From: a virus
Length of the DNA: 64,000 nt
Virus record (IMG/VR): IMGVR_UViG_3300025122_000010
Coordinates: 1 to 64,000 of that record
Reading direction: 5' to 3' (one strand)
The notes under the pieces were generated by a model, which was not told where the DNA came from, searched no databases, and saw only the letters and a list, made by a program, of their open reading frames with translations. Both the position numbers and the translations under genes were made by a program. Below, piece after piece: positions 30,753 through 37,869 of this stretch (position 1 is the first letter of the stretch; each line of letters begins with the position of its first letter).

Positions 30753-31019
30753 ATAGATGTAAGGAAAAGGAAATAGGAATCAAGCCTCTAACGGAGAGAG
30801 ACATTGAACTTCAAATTCTGGTATTTGAATGGATGAGGTCATTTGAGATCTTTTCGAGGTTGGGGCCGACAACAAGGATGCTGCTTGGAGAGCATTTGGT
30901 GATTGGGAATCAAGGCAAGATAAGGAAGAGCAATGCTTTATGGTTCATGAATTGCTCACTTCAATTTCCAGTTAAAAAAAGGAAGAAACGGAGATGGAGC
31001 CACCCTGCTAAGATAGCCC

Positions 31020-31178
31020 GCGGCAACCTGGTTAAGCAGCCAGGGTTCATCACCAAGTGAACAGGGGCCGCTAGAAGCTGGTAAATTATGAAACAAGAGT
31101 AAAATACTAAAGCAATATCAGGGGGGTCGAGGGCAGTGGTCCTTGGCGAAAGCTAGGGTGACCGGTCCTTGGCCTCCC
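31020..31178 (+). ncRNA. unassigned structured RNA (three-way junction plus long GAAA-capped hairpin)
   Basis: GC-rich stems with G-U wobbles in an intergenic leader. Confidence 0.45.
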
Positions 31179-31329
31179 AGGTGGGGAGAGAAAATGTATC
31201 ACAAACGTTATTGGGCAGCAGTCTATGTTACTAGAGTTTGGAGGTTGAGACAGAGACTTCCTCATGTAACTGCTTTCGCAAAGAGTCTTGGGTTAATTTG
31301 ATTCACCATCGAATCGAATTCAAATATGT

Positions 31330-31419
31330 TCCGGTGTAGCTCAATTGGCAGAGCGCTTGGCTGTTAACCAAGAGGCCCTTACAAGGTATAAGTAGGTTCG
31401 ATCCCTACCGCCGGAGCCA
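31330..31419 (+). tRNA. tRNA-Asn(GTT), 19-nt variable region
   Basis: Cloverleaf, loop CTGTTAA, CCA. Confidence 0.85.
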
Positions 31420-31426
31420 AAAAATG

Positions 31427-31550
31427 TGGGAAGGAGTGGTCACGAGAATGGACCACCTGACCTGAGAAAAAAATGGGATAAGCTCCAGATAATATCAGGT
31501 TATGATCATCAGGGTAGCTCCTGAAGTCAGTGGAATTCTGACCCTTCCCA
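31427..31550 (+). ncRNA. tRNA-like RNA (8-bp acceptor, 6-bp D-like stem, 29-nt loop in place of anticodon, long V arm)
   Basis: TGGGAAGG/CCTTCCCA, GTGGTC/GACCAC, TGACCTGA/TCAGGTTA, TCAGG/CCTGA, GTCAG/CTGAC. Confidence 0.55.
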
Positions 31551-31574
31551 GGATTAAAAAAAAGGCAGAGATAT

Positions 31575-32267
31575 ATGACCAGAGAAGAAGTTGAAGCACG
31601 GACAATCTATCTGGTGAGAGCAGGTTCTCACGCTTACGGTCTGAATACAGAGACTTCTGATGTGGACACTCGAGGCATCTGTATTCCAACAGAGGAAGCC
31701 ATTTATGGTCTTGGTAAATTCGAGCAGTATGAAGATAAGGTCAATGACACAGTCATCTATGATATTCGCAAGTTCTTCAGTCTAGCAATGAAGTGCAACC
31801 CAAATATCATTGAACTCTTGTTTGTCAATGACGAACACGTTCTAGAAATGAGTGGTATCGGAAAGGATCTGAGACAACACAGACGACTATTCGTCTCTCA
31901 GCTAGCAAGGAAGACATTTGGTGGATATGCAATCAGTCAAATGAAGAAGTTTCATAGATCAGCTCTCCAACCTGGAGCTCCGGAGCTAAACTACAAGAAT
32001 GCAATGCACCTCATCAGACTCTTGAGGACAGGAATCAGCATTCTTCAAACAGGAGAGCCAATTGTCAACAGAGAGCATGATCGAAAAGAGCTTCTAGCAA
32101 TTCGTAGAGGAGAGCATTCTAACGGTTCGATTATGGATATTGCAGATGAACTGTTTGAAAAGCTTGACCTCATGCCCTCAACCCTACAAAGTGAGCCGAA
32201 CTACGAGATGCTGAATCATCTACTCATCAGTTACATCAAAGGCTATCTGAAAGGGAATGACGGATGA
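31575..32267 (+). CDS. Pol-beta-superfamily nucleotidyltransferase (RlaP/Nuc-transf-like)
   Basis: GSHAYGLNTETSDVDTRG, KCNPNIIELL, KNAMHLIRLL. Confidence 0.85.
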   Translation: MTREEVEARTIYLVRAGSHAYGLNTETSDVDTRGICIPTEEAIYGLGKFEQYEDKVNDTVIYDIRKFFSLAMKCNPNIIELLFVNDEHVLEMSGIGKDLRQHRRLFVSQLARKTFGGYAISQMKKFHRSALQPGAPELNYKNAMHLIRLLRTGISILQTGEPIVNREHDRKELLAIRRGEHSNGSIMDIADELFEKLDLMPSTLQSEPNYEMLNHLLISYIKGYLKGNDG

Positions 32268-32521
32268 CAATTACGACTGCTGATCTGCGGCTAGGGCAAC
32301 GTGGTAAGTTCCTGGGCACATTCCAGAACGAGTGGAGGCAGAGGACTGTTGAAATCTTCGAGCATATCACAGATCAAGCACTAGTCATCACAGTTGGTCG
32401 TCCTTTCGATGAGACTCAAGATCCTGTGATTTGCACCGAACAGAGGACAGACTACGAATCAACTCTTCAGAAGATCGCAGATTGTGAGAAGCATAACAGA
32501 GGAATGTATGTATTTGAATGA
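32264..32521 (+). CDS. hypothetical protein
   Basis: Coupled ORF. Confidence 0.5.
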   Translation: MTITTADLRLGQRGKFLGTFQNEWRQRTVEIFEHITDQALVITVGRPFDETQDPVICTEQRTDYESTLQKIADCEKHNRGMYVFE

Positions 32522-32766
32522 TGGGGCTAAAAATGGCTAAGGAAAAGGTTGTTGTCGAATTCGATGCTGATGAAGAATTGTCAAAGAAGATCAAGAGAGC
32601 AGAAGCAAAGTTACGCAGAAAAGATACAAAGATTGAAATTCTAGAAGCAGAGTTAGCCGAAGCAGAACGAATCATAAAAAGCTATAGAGGTATTGACGGT
32701 GCACTTCAAGAATTAGCAAGAGTTGCAGGAGATGTTGGATTGATTGATGGAGAATGGTATATTTGA
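32518..32766 (+). CDS. coiled-coil hypothetical protein
   Basis: Coupled ORF. Confidence 0.5.
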   Translation: MMGLKMAKEKVVVEFDADEELSKKIKRAEAKLRRKDTKIEILEAELAEAERIIKSYRGIDGALQELARVAGDVGLIDGEWYI

Positions 32767-32773
32767 ATAATGT

Positions 32774-32853
32774 GGCCCCGTAGCTCCAAGGTATGGGAGA
32801 GCGTCTGGCTTGCACCCAGAAGGTTGAGAGTTCAATTCTCTCCGGGTCCACCA
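32774..32853 (+). tRNA. tRNA-Ala(TGC) with C3:U70
   Basis: Cloverleaf, loop CTTGCAC, CCA. Confidence 0.85.
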
Positions 32854-32860
32854 ACTTTGT

Positions 32861-32937
32861 GCCGGCGTAGCTGAGACTGGCTCTAGCAACGCCCTTGTAA
32901 GGCGTCGATGTGGGTTCGATTCCCTCCGCCGGCTCCA
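32861..32937 (+). tRNA. tRNA-Thr(TGT)
   Basis: Cloverleaf, loop CTTGTAA, CCA. Confidence 0.88.
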
Positions 32938-32944
32938 TATTTAC

Positions 32945-33074
32945 AGATCAACAAATCGTCTAATGGAAAGACACTTTGCTTGAGGAGGGCTGGTTCGACT
33001 CCAGCTGACGCGTAGTAGCTCACGAGGGAGAGCGCTGAGAAGAAATGCAGGTTCGAATCCTGTTTTGTTGATCT
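32945..33074 (+). ncRNA. double-elbow tRNA mimic (permuted T-arm/D-arm module nested in place of the anticodon loop)
   Basis: 11-bp terminal stem; arms in order D,T,D,T; two TTCGA loops; no anticodon, no CCA. Confidence 0.7.
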
Positions 33075-33089
33075 TTATTTTGAACTTTT

Positions 33090-33118
33090 GTTTACTATCA
33101 CTTAGAATTGATTATATT
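33090..33118 (+). promoter_or_regulatory. repeated early-type promoter, copy 2
   Basis: GTTTAC-N17-TATATT. Confidence 0.75.
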
Positions 33119-33140
33119 AGCTTATAAGGAAAAAGGAATT

Positions 33141-33227
33141 GGTCGCACCTCTGATCGTCTAATTAGGGAAGACACCGCATATAAATGCGGAGATAAGGGT
33201 TCGATCCCCTCATGAGGTTACGCGATC
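33141..33227 (+). ncRNA. tRNA-like RNA with shortened anticodon loop and extended acceptor stem
   Basis: D arm GTCT/AGAC, CCGCAT-ATAA-ATGCGG, T loop TTCGATC, no CCA. Confidence 0.6.
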
Positions 33228-33517
33228 ACTAGGTAGAATGATAGGGCTTGCCGGCTTTAAATAACTTCTACCGATTGGGTATGGGGTTAGAGTTACGGCA
33301 ATAACTCTAACTCCTGCTCAACTTACTAGAGATTAGATATGCCAAAAATCAAAGACACATTCAAGATTGACGAAGTGATAGAGAAACTAATTCCATCATT
33401 GTTTAGACGAAGGGAGTTGTATGCGAAGCTAGCTGAATTAAACTTAAAGAACGATGAATTCAATAAACTGTTCACAAAGTTACACAATAATTTACTACCA
33501 CACAGGAGGAATTAACA

Positions 33518-33712
33518 ATGCCTTTGTATCCAGATGTTAAGGTCAAGTTGGTGGGTTCAGACGGAAATGCTTTCGCTATTTTGGGAAAGGTTTCTAAGGC
33601 ACTCAAGCGAGCTGGGCATGGGGATGCGGCTGATAAGTATACTGAAGAGTCGATGGCTGGTGACTATGACAACTTACTTGTCACTGCTTGCAAGTATGTG
33701 ACGGTTAGCTAG
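33518..33712 (+). CDS. small conserved phage protein (GNAF family; paralog of 36774)
   Basis: SD AGGGAG; LVGSDGNAFAILG..GDYDNLL. Confidence 0.7.
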   Translation: MPLYPDVKVKLVGSDGNAFAILGKVSKALKRAGHGDAADKYTEESMAGDYDNLLVTACKYVTVS

Positions 33713-33720
33713 GAGGGAAG

Positions 33721-34227
33721 ATGAATACCCAAACGGTTAATCGAGTCAAGGGAATTGTTTCTCAGATGAAGCATCTTACTGACGAACTGGATTCTCTGAT
33801 GAATGATCTGGGAATAGAAGCAAGTGATTCTGTTAATGAAGATTTAGATCCATATGCTGTAGCAATGGCTTCAATGCATCAAAAGATATCAGATCAATTG
33901 CCAGAAGATGAGAAATTGGAAGTTTTCTATTCGGCTTATACAACTAGTCCAGCTGGATTTCCAGTTGACAACCTTGACAAAGTTGCAATTAAGGGACTAG
34001 CAGTTATTCAAGAAAATGCAGATGATTTTTTTGATGTTGGTGAAGACTATATTTCAGATATTTTGGAAAACCCAACCTGGCTTACATTAGCAGTTATCGC
34101 TAACAGGATAATTATAACAACAGGAGACTATAATCACCAGTTTCTTGAGGGAGTTTGTAAGACAGCCGGTGCAATAATTGACGAAGGTGTTGAAGTTCCG
34201 GTTTACGAATTGTCAATGGGAAGTTAG
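33721..34227 (+). CDS. hypothetical phage protein
   Basis: SD GGAGG; ends MGS. Confidence 0.65.
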   Translation: MNTQTVNRVKGIVSQMKHLTDELDSLMNDLGIEASDSVNEDLDPYAVAMASMHQKISDQLPEDEKLEVFYSAYTTSPAGFPVDNLDKVAIKGLAVIQENADDFFDVGEDYISDILENPTWLTLAVIANRIIITTGDYNHQFLEGVCKTAGAIIDEGVEVPVYELSMGS

Positions 34228-34234
34228 GAAATGT

Positions 34235-34311
34235 AGGGCCGTAGATCAATTGGTCAGATCACTAGATTGTCAATCTAGAGGGTGCGAGTTCAAGTCTCGT
34301 CGGCTCTGCCA
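34235..34311 (+). tRNA. tRNA-Asp(GTC)
   Basis: Cloverleaf, loop TTGTCAA, GCCA. Confidence 0.9.
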
Positions 34312-34323
34312 AAAAAATTAAAT

Positions 34324-34401
34324 CGGAGTGTAGGCTAGCTCGGCTAAGTCACCTGGTTTGGGGCCAGGACACCGGGGGTTCGAATCCCTCCACTCCGACC
34401 A
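34324..34401 (+). tRNA. tRNA-Pro(TGG)
   Basis: Cloverleaf, loop TTTGGGG, CCA. Confidence 0.9.
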
Positions 34402-34419
34402 AAAAAATCTTAGGAGATT

Positions 34420-34638
34420 ATGATGAGTAAACTCAAGGGAAGTATAATCTTGCATAGCGGAAGTATAATCTTGTATAGCTCCACCACTCATGGTCATCCA
34501 GGTTCACACTTGATTGATGACGACAAAGGAAACAAGGTTTGGATTCGTGCAGTATTCACTCCATCAGATACTCTAGAAGCTTTAGATGAAGCTGAGAAGT
34601 TTGATGATGAAATTGTTTTGAATACGATACCGATATAA
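34420..34638 (+). CDS. hypothetical protein
   Basis: SD AGGAG. Confidence 0.55.
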   Translation: MMSKLKGSIILHSGSIILYSSTTHGHPGSHLIDDDKGNKVWIRAVFTPSDTLEALDEAEKFDDEIVLNTIPI

Positions 34639-34648
34639 GGAGTTTCAA

Positions 34649-34831
34649 ATGATTATCACTAGCTACTGTTATGTTATCTATATGGCTATTGTTCTTCTCA
34701 GATTAGTTATGACAGCAGTATCGATCGTGTCCGAGCCCCAATATTGGGGCAAAGATGATACAAATTGGAGCACTCTTATTTCAATAATTGCTGGAGCATT
34801 TTTGGTATACGGAGTTCACAAAGGATGGTAA
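34649..34831 (+). CDS. small membrane protein
   Basis: SD AAGGAG; two hydrophobic helices. Confidence 0.55.
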   Translation: MIITSYCYVIYMAIVLLRLVMTAVSIVSEPQYWGKDDTNWSTLISIIAGAFLVYGVHKGW

Positions 34832-34976
34832 ACAATGTCACGAACAGTTAGAAGTAAATATCGAAACATGGCTGCAAAGAATTCTAGGCAAAGCTCTGCA
34901 GGTCCTATGAAGCGTAAGCCAAAGTATGAGACTGCTCGTGAAGCTATTGAGAAGCAATTGATGGAAAAGGAATAGT

Positions 34977-35052
34977 TCGTCCCAATGTTCCAAGGCAGGC
35001 GGCAGAGTCTCCAAAACTCAGCGGCGAGGTTCGATTCCTCGGGGGCGAGCCA
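34977..35052 (+). tRNA. tRNA-Trp(CCA)
   Basis: Loop CTCCAAA, G73, CCA; atypical D arm. Confidence 0.82.
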
Positions 35053-35060
35053 AAAATTGT

Positions 35061-35135
35061 GGCTAGGTGGTGTATCAGGTTGCACTTATGACTGAAGATC
35101 ATAAAGAGCGGGTTCAAATCCTGCCCTAGCCACCA
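35061..35135 (+). tRNA. tRNA-Phe(GAA)
   Basis: Loop CTGAAGA, CCA. Confidence 0.88.
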
Positions 35136-35151
35136 TTAAAACGAGAATAAT

Positions 35152-35406
35152 ATGGCAGATTCATTGGAAATACAATTAAGAGAAGCTTCATTACTTTTTT
35201 CACAAAATTCAGATTGTTGTGCACCAAGTGATCTAGGTAGTGATATCAAGATAAGCATGATTGATGGAGGTGGAGGACCTTATTTTGTAATTGAAACAGA
35301 ACGTTGGGCAATGGATAAGCCGGAAGATTTAATCAAGCTATTAGAATATGCTAAGACATGTTTAGATTGGTTTAACAAAGACGACGTGGGGGATGGGACT
35401 GCATGA
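35152..35406 (+). CDS. conserved hypothetical phage protein
   Basis: DGGGGPYFVIETERWA. Confidence 0.65.
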   Translation: MADSLEIQLREASLLFSQNSDCCAPSDLGSDIKISMIDGGGGPYFVIETERWAMDKPEDLIKLLEYAKTCLDWFNKDDVGDGTA

Positions 35407-35421
35407 GGTGGTCACTTAGTT
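35388..35421 (+). pseudogene. possible 5' half of a disrupted tRNA
   Basis: GGGGGAT start, D stem GACT/GGTC, then no T arm or 3' acceptor strand. Confidence 0.4.
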
Positions 35422-35437
35422 AAAGTGTAAGGGGTGT

Positions 35438-35479
35438 TTACTTATCTTCAATGATATTTATTCTAGAGGAGATAAGTAA
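35438..35479 (+). promoter_or_regulatory. RBS-sequestering hairpin with promoter-like motif in its loop
   Basis: TTACTTATCTTC pairs with GGAGATAAGTAA (SD and A of ATG); loop contains ATATTTAT. Confidence 0.65.
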
Positions 35480-36069
35480 TGAACTGTAAACATTGTGACA
35501 AAGAGTTAGTAGGAAAAAGAAAAGGCGCAAAGTATTGTGATATATACTGCTTAAACAGACATTCAAACGAGAATAGAATATTCACTGATTCACATAGAAA
35601 AAAGATAAGCGAAAAGCACAAAGGAAAGAGATTATCCGAAGATCATAAAAGAAAAATAAGTGAGAGTCTTAAAGGAGTTAACGTAGGTAAGAAACATTCT
35701 GCTGAATCAAAACATAACATGTCAGTAGCACGAAAAAAGTTATTAAAGAACAGACCAGATTTACATCCTAATAATCTTTGCAGAGGAAAAAAGAGTTATC
35801 CGCAAGAATTGTTATTTGATGAACTTACTAAAATCTTCAAAAAAGTAGATAATGAAGTCTATTATAAAAGCTATTGGATTGATCTATTAGTTAATGATAT
35901 TTTAGCAGTTGAGGTAGATGGAGAGTTTTGGCATAAAGGAAGAGAAAATTCTGATAGAGAAAAAGATAGTGTAATTAGAACCAAATATAGTTTAGTAAGA
36001 ATACCTGCAAAAGATGTTTTAAATGATGTCAACAAAGTAGTAAAGAGAATATGTGGGCTGGTAGTTTAA
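35479..36069 (+). mobile_element. free-standing homing endonuclease (Zn finger + NUMOD3 repeats + Vsr/DUF559-like nuclease)
   Basis: HRKKISE, HKRKISESLKG, KHSAESK repeats; WIDL..AVEVDGEFWH. Confidence 0.85.
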
Positions 36070-36129
36070 TTGGGAAAATACTAGACTTGCACTCTTGTGT
36101 CAAGGGTTCGAATCCCTTCCGGTCCACCA
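36055..36129 (+). tRNA. tRNA-Ala(TGC) with G3:U70; overlaps the endonuclease 3' end
   Basis: Loop CTTGCAC, A73, CCA. Confidence 0.85.
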
Positions 36130-36137
36130 AAAAACAT

Positions 36138-36209
36138 GGGCGAGTAACTCAAGCAATATTTTAGGCAGAGTACCGGTAGTTACGGGTTCGAATCCCGCCT
36201 CGTCCACCA
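36138..36209 (+). ncRNA. tRNA-like RNA lacking the anticodon arm, with G3:U70, A73 and CCA
   Basis: GGGCGAG/CTCGTCC, ACTC/GAGT with 17-nt loop, 10-nt linker, TTCGAAT T arm. Confidence 0.75.
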
Positions 36210-36216
36210 ACTAAGT

Positions 36217-36290
36217 TGGCTCATACACTAACGGCAAGTGGACAGGCTTTGACCCTGTCGATCCTGGTTCGAATCCAGGTGGGCCAGCCA
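36217..36290 (+). tRNA. tRNA-Gln(TTG)
   Basis: Loop CTTTGAC, GCCA. Confidence 0.9.
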
Positions 36291-36307
36291 AAAATTAAGG
36301 GGTTGCA

Positions 36308-36526
36308 ATGAAGATAACGAAAATCAAGAGTGAAGTTTCTGATACTGATGGGTTGTTCGTTACCATGACTAGACAAGAAGCTATGAGAGCAATCTCTTCT
36401 CTTGCTCATCAACTTGCAGAAAGAGACTCTAATTCAGGGAGAACGGAATGGATGAATGTTACGATGGTCGATGGTGATATTAAAGAACATAGCAAATACT
36501 TTTCAATTGCAGTTGAAGAGAAGTAG
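36308..36526 (+). CDS. hypothetical protein
   Basis: SD AAGGGG; lies between tRNAs. Confidence 0.6.
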   Translation: MKITKIKSEVSDTDGLFVTMTRQEAMRAISSLAHQLAERDSNSGRTEWMNVTMVDGDIKEHSKYFSIAVEEK

Positions 36527-36527
36527 T

Positions 36528-36604
36528 GGGCGATTAACTCAGCTGGTTAGAGTACTTGCTCGACAAGCAAGAAGTCACTGGTTCGAATCCAGTATCGCCC
36601 ACCA
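36528..36604 (+). tRNA. tRNA-Val(GAC) with C33
   Basis: CTTGC-TCGACAA-GCAAG, CCA. Confidence 0.88.
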
Positions 36605-36624
36605 AAAAAATATTTTGAGAAAAT

Positions 36625-36653
36625 GTTTACTATTGCTTAGAATTGATTATATT
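36625..36653 (+). promoter_or_regulatory. repeated early-type promoter, copy 3
   Basis: GTTTAC-N17-TATATT. Confidence 0.75.
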
Positions 36654-36674
36654 AGCTATACGGAAACAAACTAT

Positions 36675-36752
36675 GACTCAGTGGAGCAACTTGGTCAGCT
36701 CACTAGACTTTCAATCTAGAGGTTGCGGGTTCGATCCCCGTCTGAGTCACCA
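36675..36752 (+). tRNA. tRNA-Glu(TTC)
   Basis: Loop CTTTCAA, CCA. Confidence 0.9.
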
Positions 36753-36773
36753 AAAACTAACTAGGAGGTTACA

Positions 36774-37028
36774 ATGCCTAAGTATGATGTTGATCTCCAG
36801 ACGGACCTTTCTGGTCCAGCAGGCAACGCATATGCAGTTATGGGCAATGTAGAATCAATTCTCAAGCAACTTAAACGACCTCCAATAGAGGTAAAGAAGT
36901 ATCTCAAAGATGCAAAGTCTGGAGATTATAATAACTTGCTTAAGGTAACAAATGAATGGGTTAATCTGATTGATACTTCGAATTCATATCCAGACATTCT
37001 TGGAGAAGTAGAAATAAAGCGAATATAA
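36774..37028 (+). CDS. small conserved phage protein (paralog of 33518)
   Basis: SD AGGAGG; LSGPAGNAYAVMG..GDYNNLL. Confidence 0.7.
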   Translation: MPKYDVDLQTDLSGPAGNAYAVMGNVESILKQLKRPPIEVKKYLKDAKSGDYNNLLKVTNEWVNLIDTSNSYPDILGEVEIKRI

Positions 37029-37031
37029 TAA

Positions 37032-37108
37032 GGCCCCGTAGTTCAATTGGCGAGATCGCCGGCCTCTCAAGCCGGAGACGAGGAGTTCAAATCTCCCCGG
37101 GGCTACCA
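37032..37108 (+). tRNA. tRNA-Glu(CTC)
   Basis: Loop CTCTCAA, CCA. Confidence 0.88.
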
Positions 37109-37116
37109 AAATTCAT

Positions 37117-37192
37117 CCACCCGTGGCGCAGGTGGTAGCGCACCGGACTTTTAATCCGTTGGTCGTAGGTTCGAATCCTACCGGGTGGACCA
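37117..37192 (+). tRNA. tRNA-Lys(TTT)
   Basis: Loop CTTTTAA, CCA. Confidence 0.9.
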
Positions 37193-37219
37193 AAAAAAAC
37201 AATCATAAGGAGAAGTAAG

Positions 37220-37462
37220 ATGAGCCGCTCCAAGCGGTTTGAACAAAGAGAAGATAGGGTAACTACAAAGAACGACAAGAAGAATCAGAATCGTAGTGAA
37301 CGCAAACAACGAAAGGCATCTATTGCAGATCAGATTGCACTTGAGGAAGAAGAGGAGTTGCTGGATTTCCTAGAAGTGTGTGGTGATTATATCGATGATG
37401 AAGAATTTGAAAGAATGAAAAAGAAAGTTAAGGAATTGCAAAAGCACAGTAAGAACTTCTAG
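37220..37462 (+). CDS. charged hypothetical protein
   Basis: SD AAGGAG. Confidence 0.6.
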   Translation: MSRSKRFEQREDRVTTKNDKKNQNRSERKQRKASIADQIALEEEEELLDFLEVCGDYIDDEEFERMKKKVKELQKHSKNF

Positions 37463-37475
37463 AAAGGAAAGCAAA

Positions 37476-37679
37476 ATGATTAAGATCACGGTTTCAGTTC
37501 CTTGTATTGGTAGTGATGCTGAGGTCAGTATCCAAAAGTTGACTTCAATTACTAGAAGTCATGGAAAAACTACAACTCCTATCCAAGTTGATTTAAGTGA
37601 ATCACCCGGTCTTAATAAAGCAACAGTTTCACTTGAAGATTTAGAATCAGCAGTTAAAGCAATTAGGAATTCTATCTAA
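37476..37679 (+). CDS. hypothetical protein
   Basis: SD AAGGA. Confidence 0.55.
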   Translation: MIKITVSVPCIGSDAEVSIQKLTSITRSHGKTTTPIQVDLSESPGLNKATVSLEDLESAVKAIRNSI

Positions 37680-37681
37680 GT

Positions 37682-37768
37682 GGGTCAGTATGCAAATTGG
37701 TGAAGCAGGCAGTCTGTAAAACTGTTCCGTAAGATCCGTTGTAGGTTCAAATCCTGCCTGACCCACCA
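37682..37768 (+). tRNA. tRNA-Tyr(GTA)
   Basis: Loop CTGTAAA, long V arm, CCA. Confidence 0.9.
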
Positions 37769-37778
37769 AAAATTTATT

Positions 37779-37854
37779 GGACCTCTAGCTCAATGGGTAG
37801 AGCAACTGACTCATAATCAGTAGGTTATAGGTTCAAGTCCTATGGGGTCCACCA
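37779..37854 (+). tRNA. tRNA with CAT anticodon (Ile2 or elongator Met)
   Basis: Loop CTCATAA, CCA. Confidence 0.88.
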
Positions 37855-37869
37855 AAAAGGAAAACAACA

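Noticed and set aside
30804-31060. ORF 30833-31060 and a broken frame after SD GGAGAG
   Set aside because: The SD-linked frame stops after 10 codons and shifts; decay cannot be told from sequence error.
30990-31075. SAM-I/IV riboswitch suggested by CGGCAACC
   Set aside because: Partner GGTGC and the AUC..GAU P1 elements are absent.
35388-36129. Group I intron within a tRNA
   Set aside because: The downstream tRNA is complete rather than a 3' exon, and there is no room for an intron core around the ORF.
36138-36209. tmRNA
   Set aside because: No tag reading frame or pseudoknots, and it retains a D stem.
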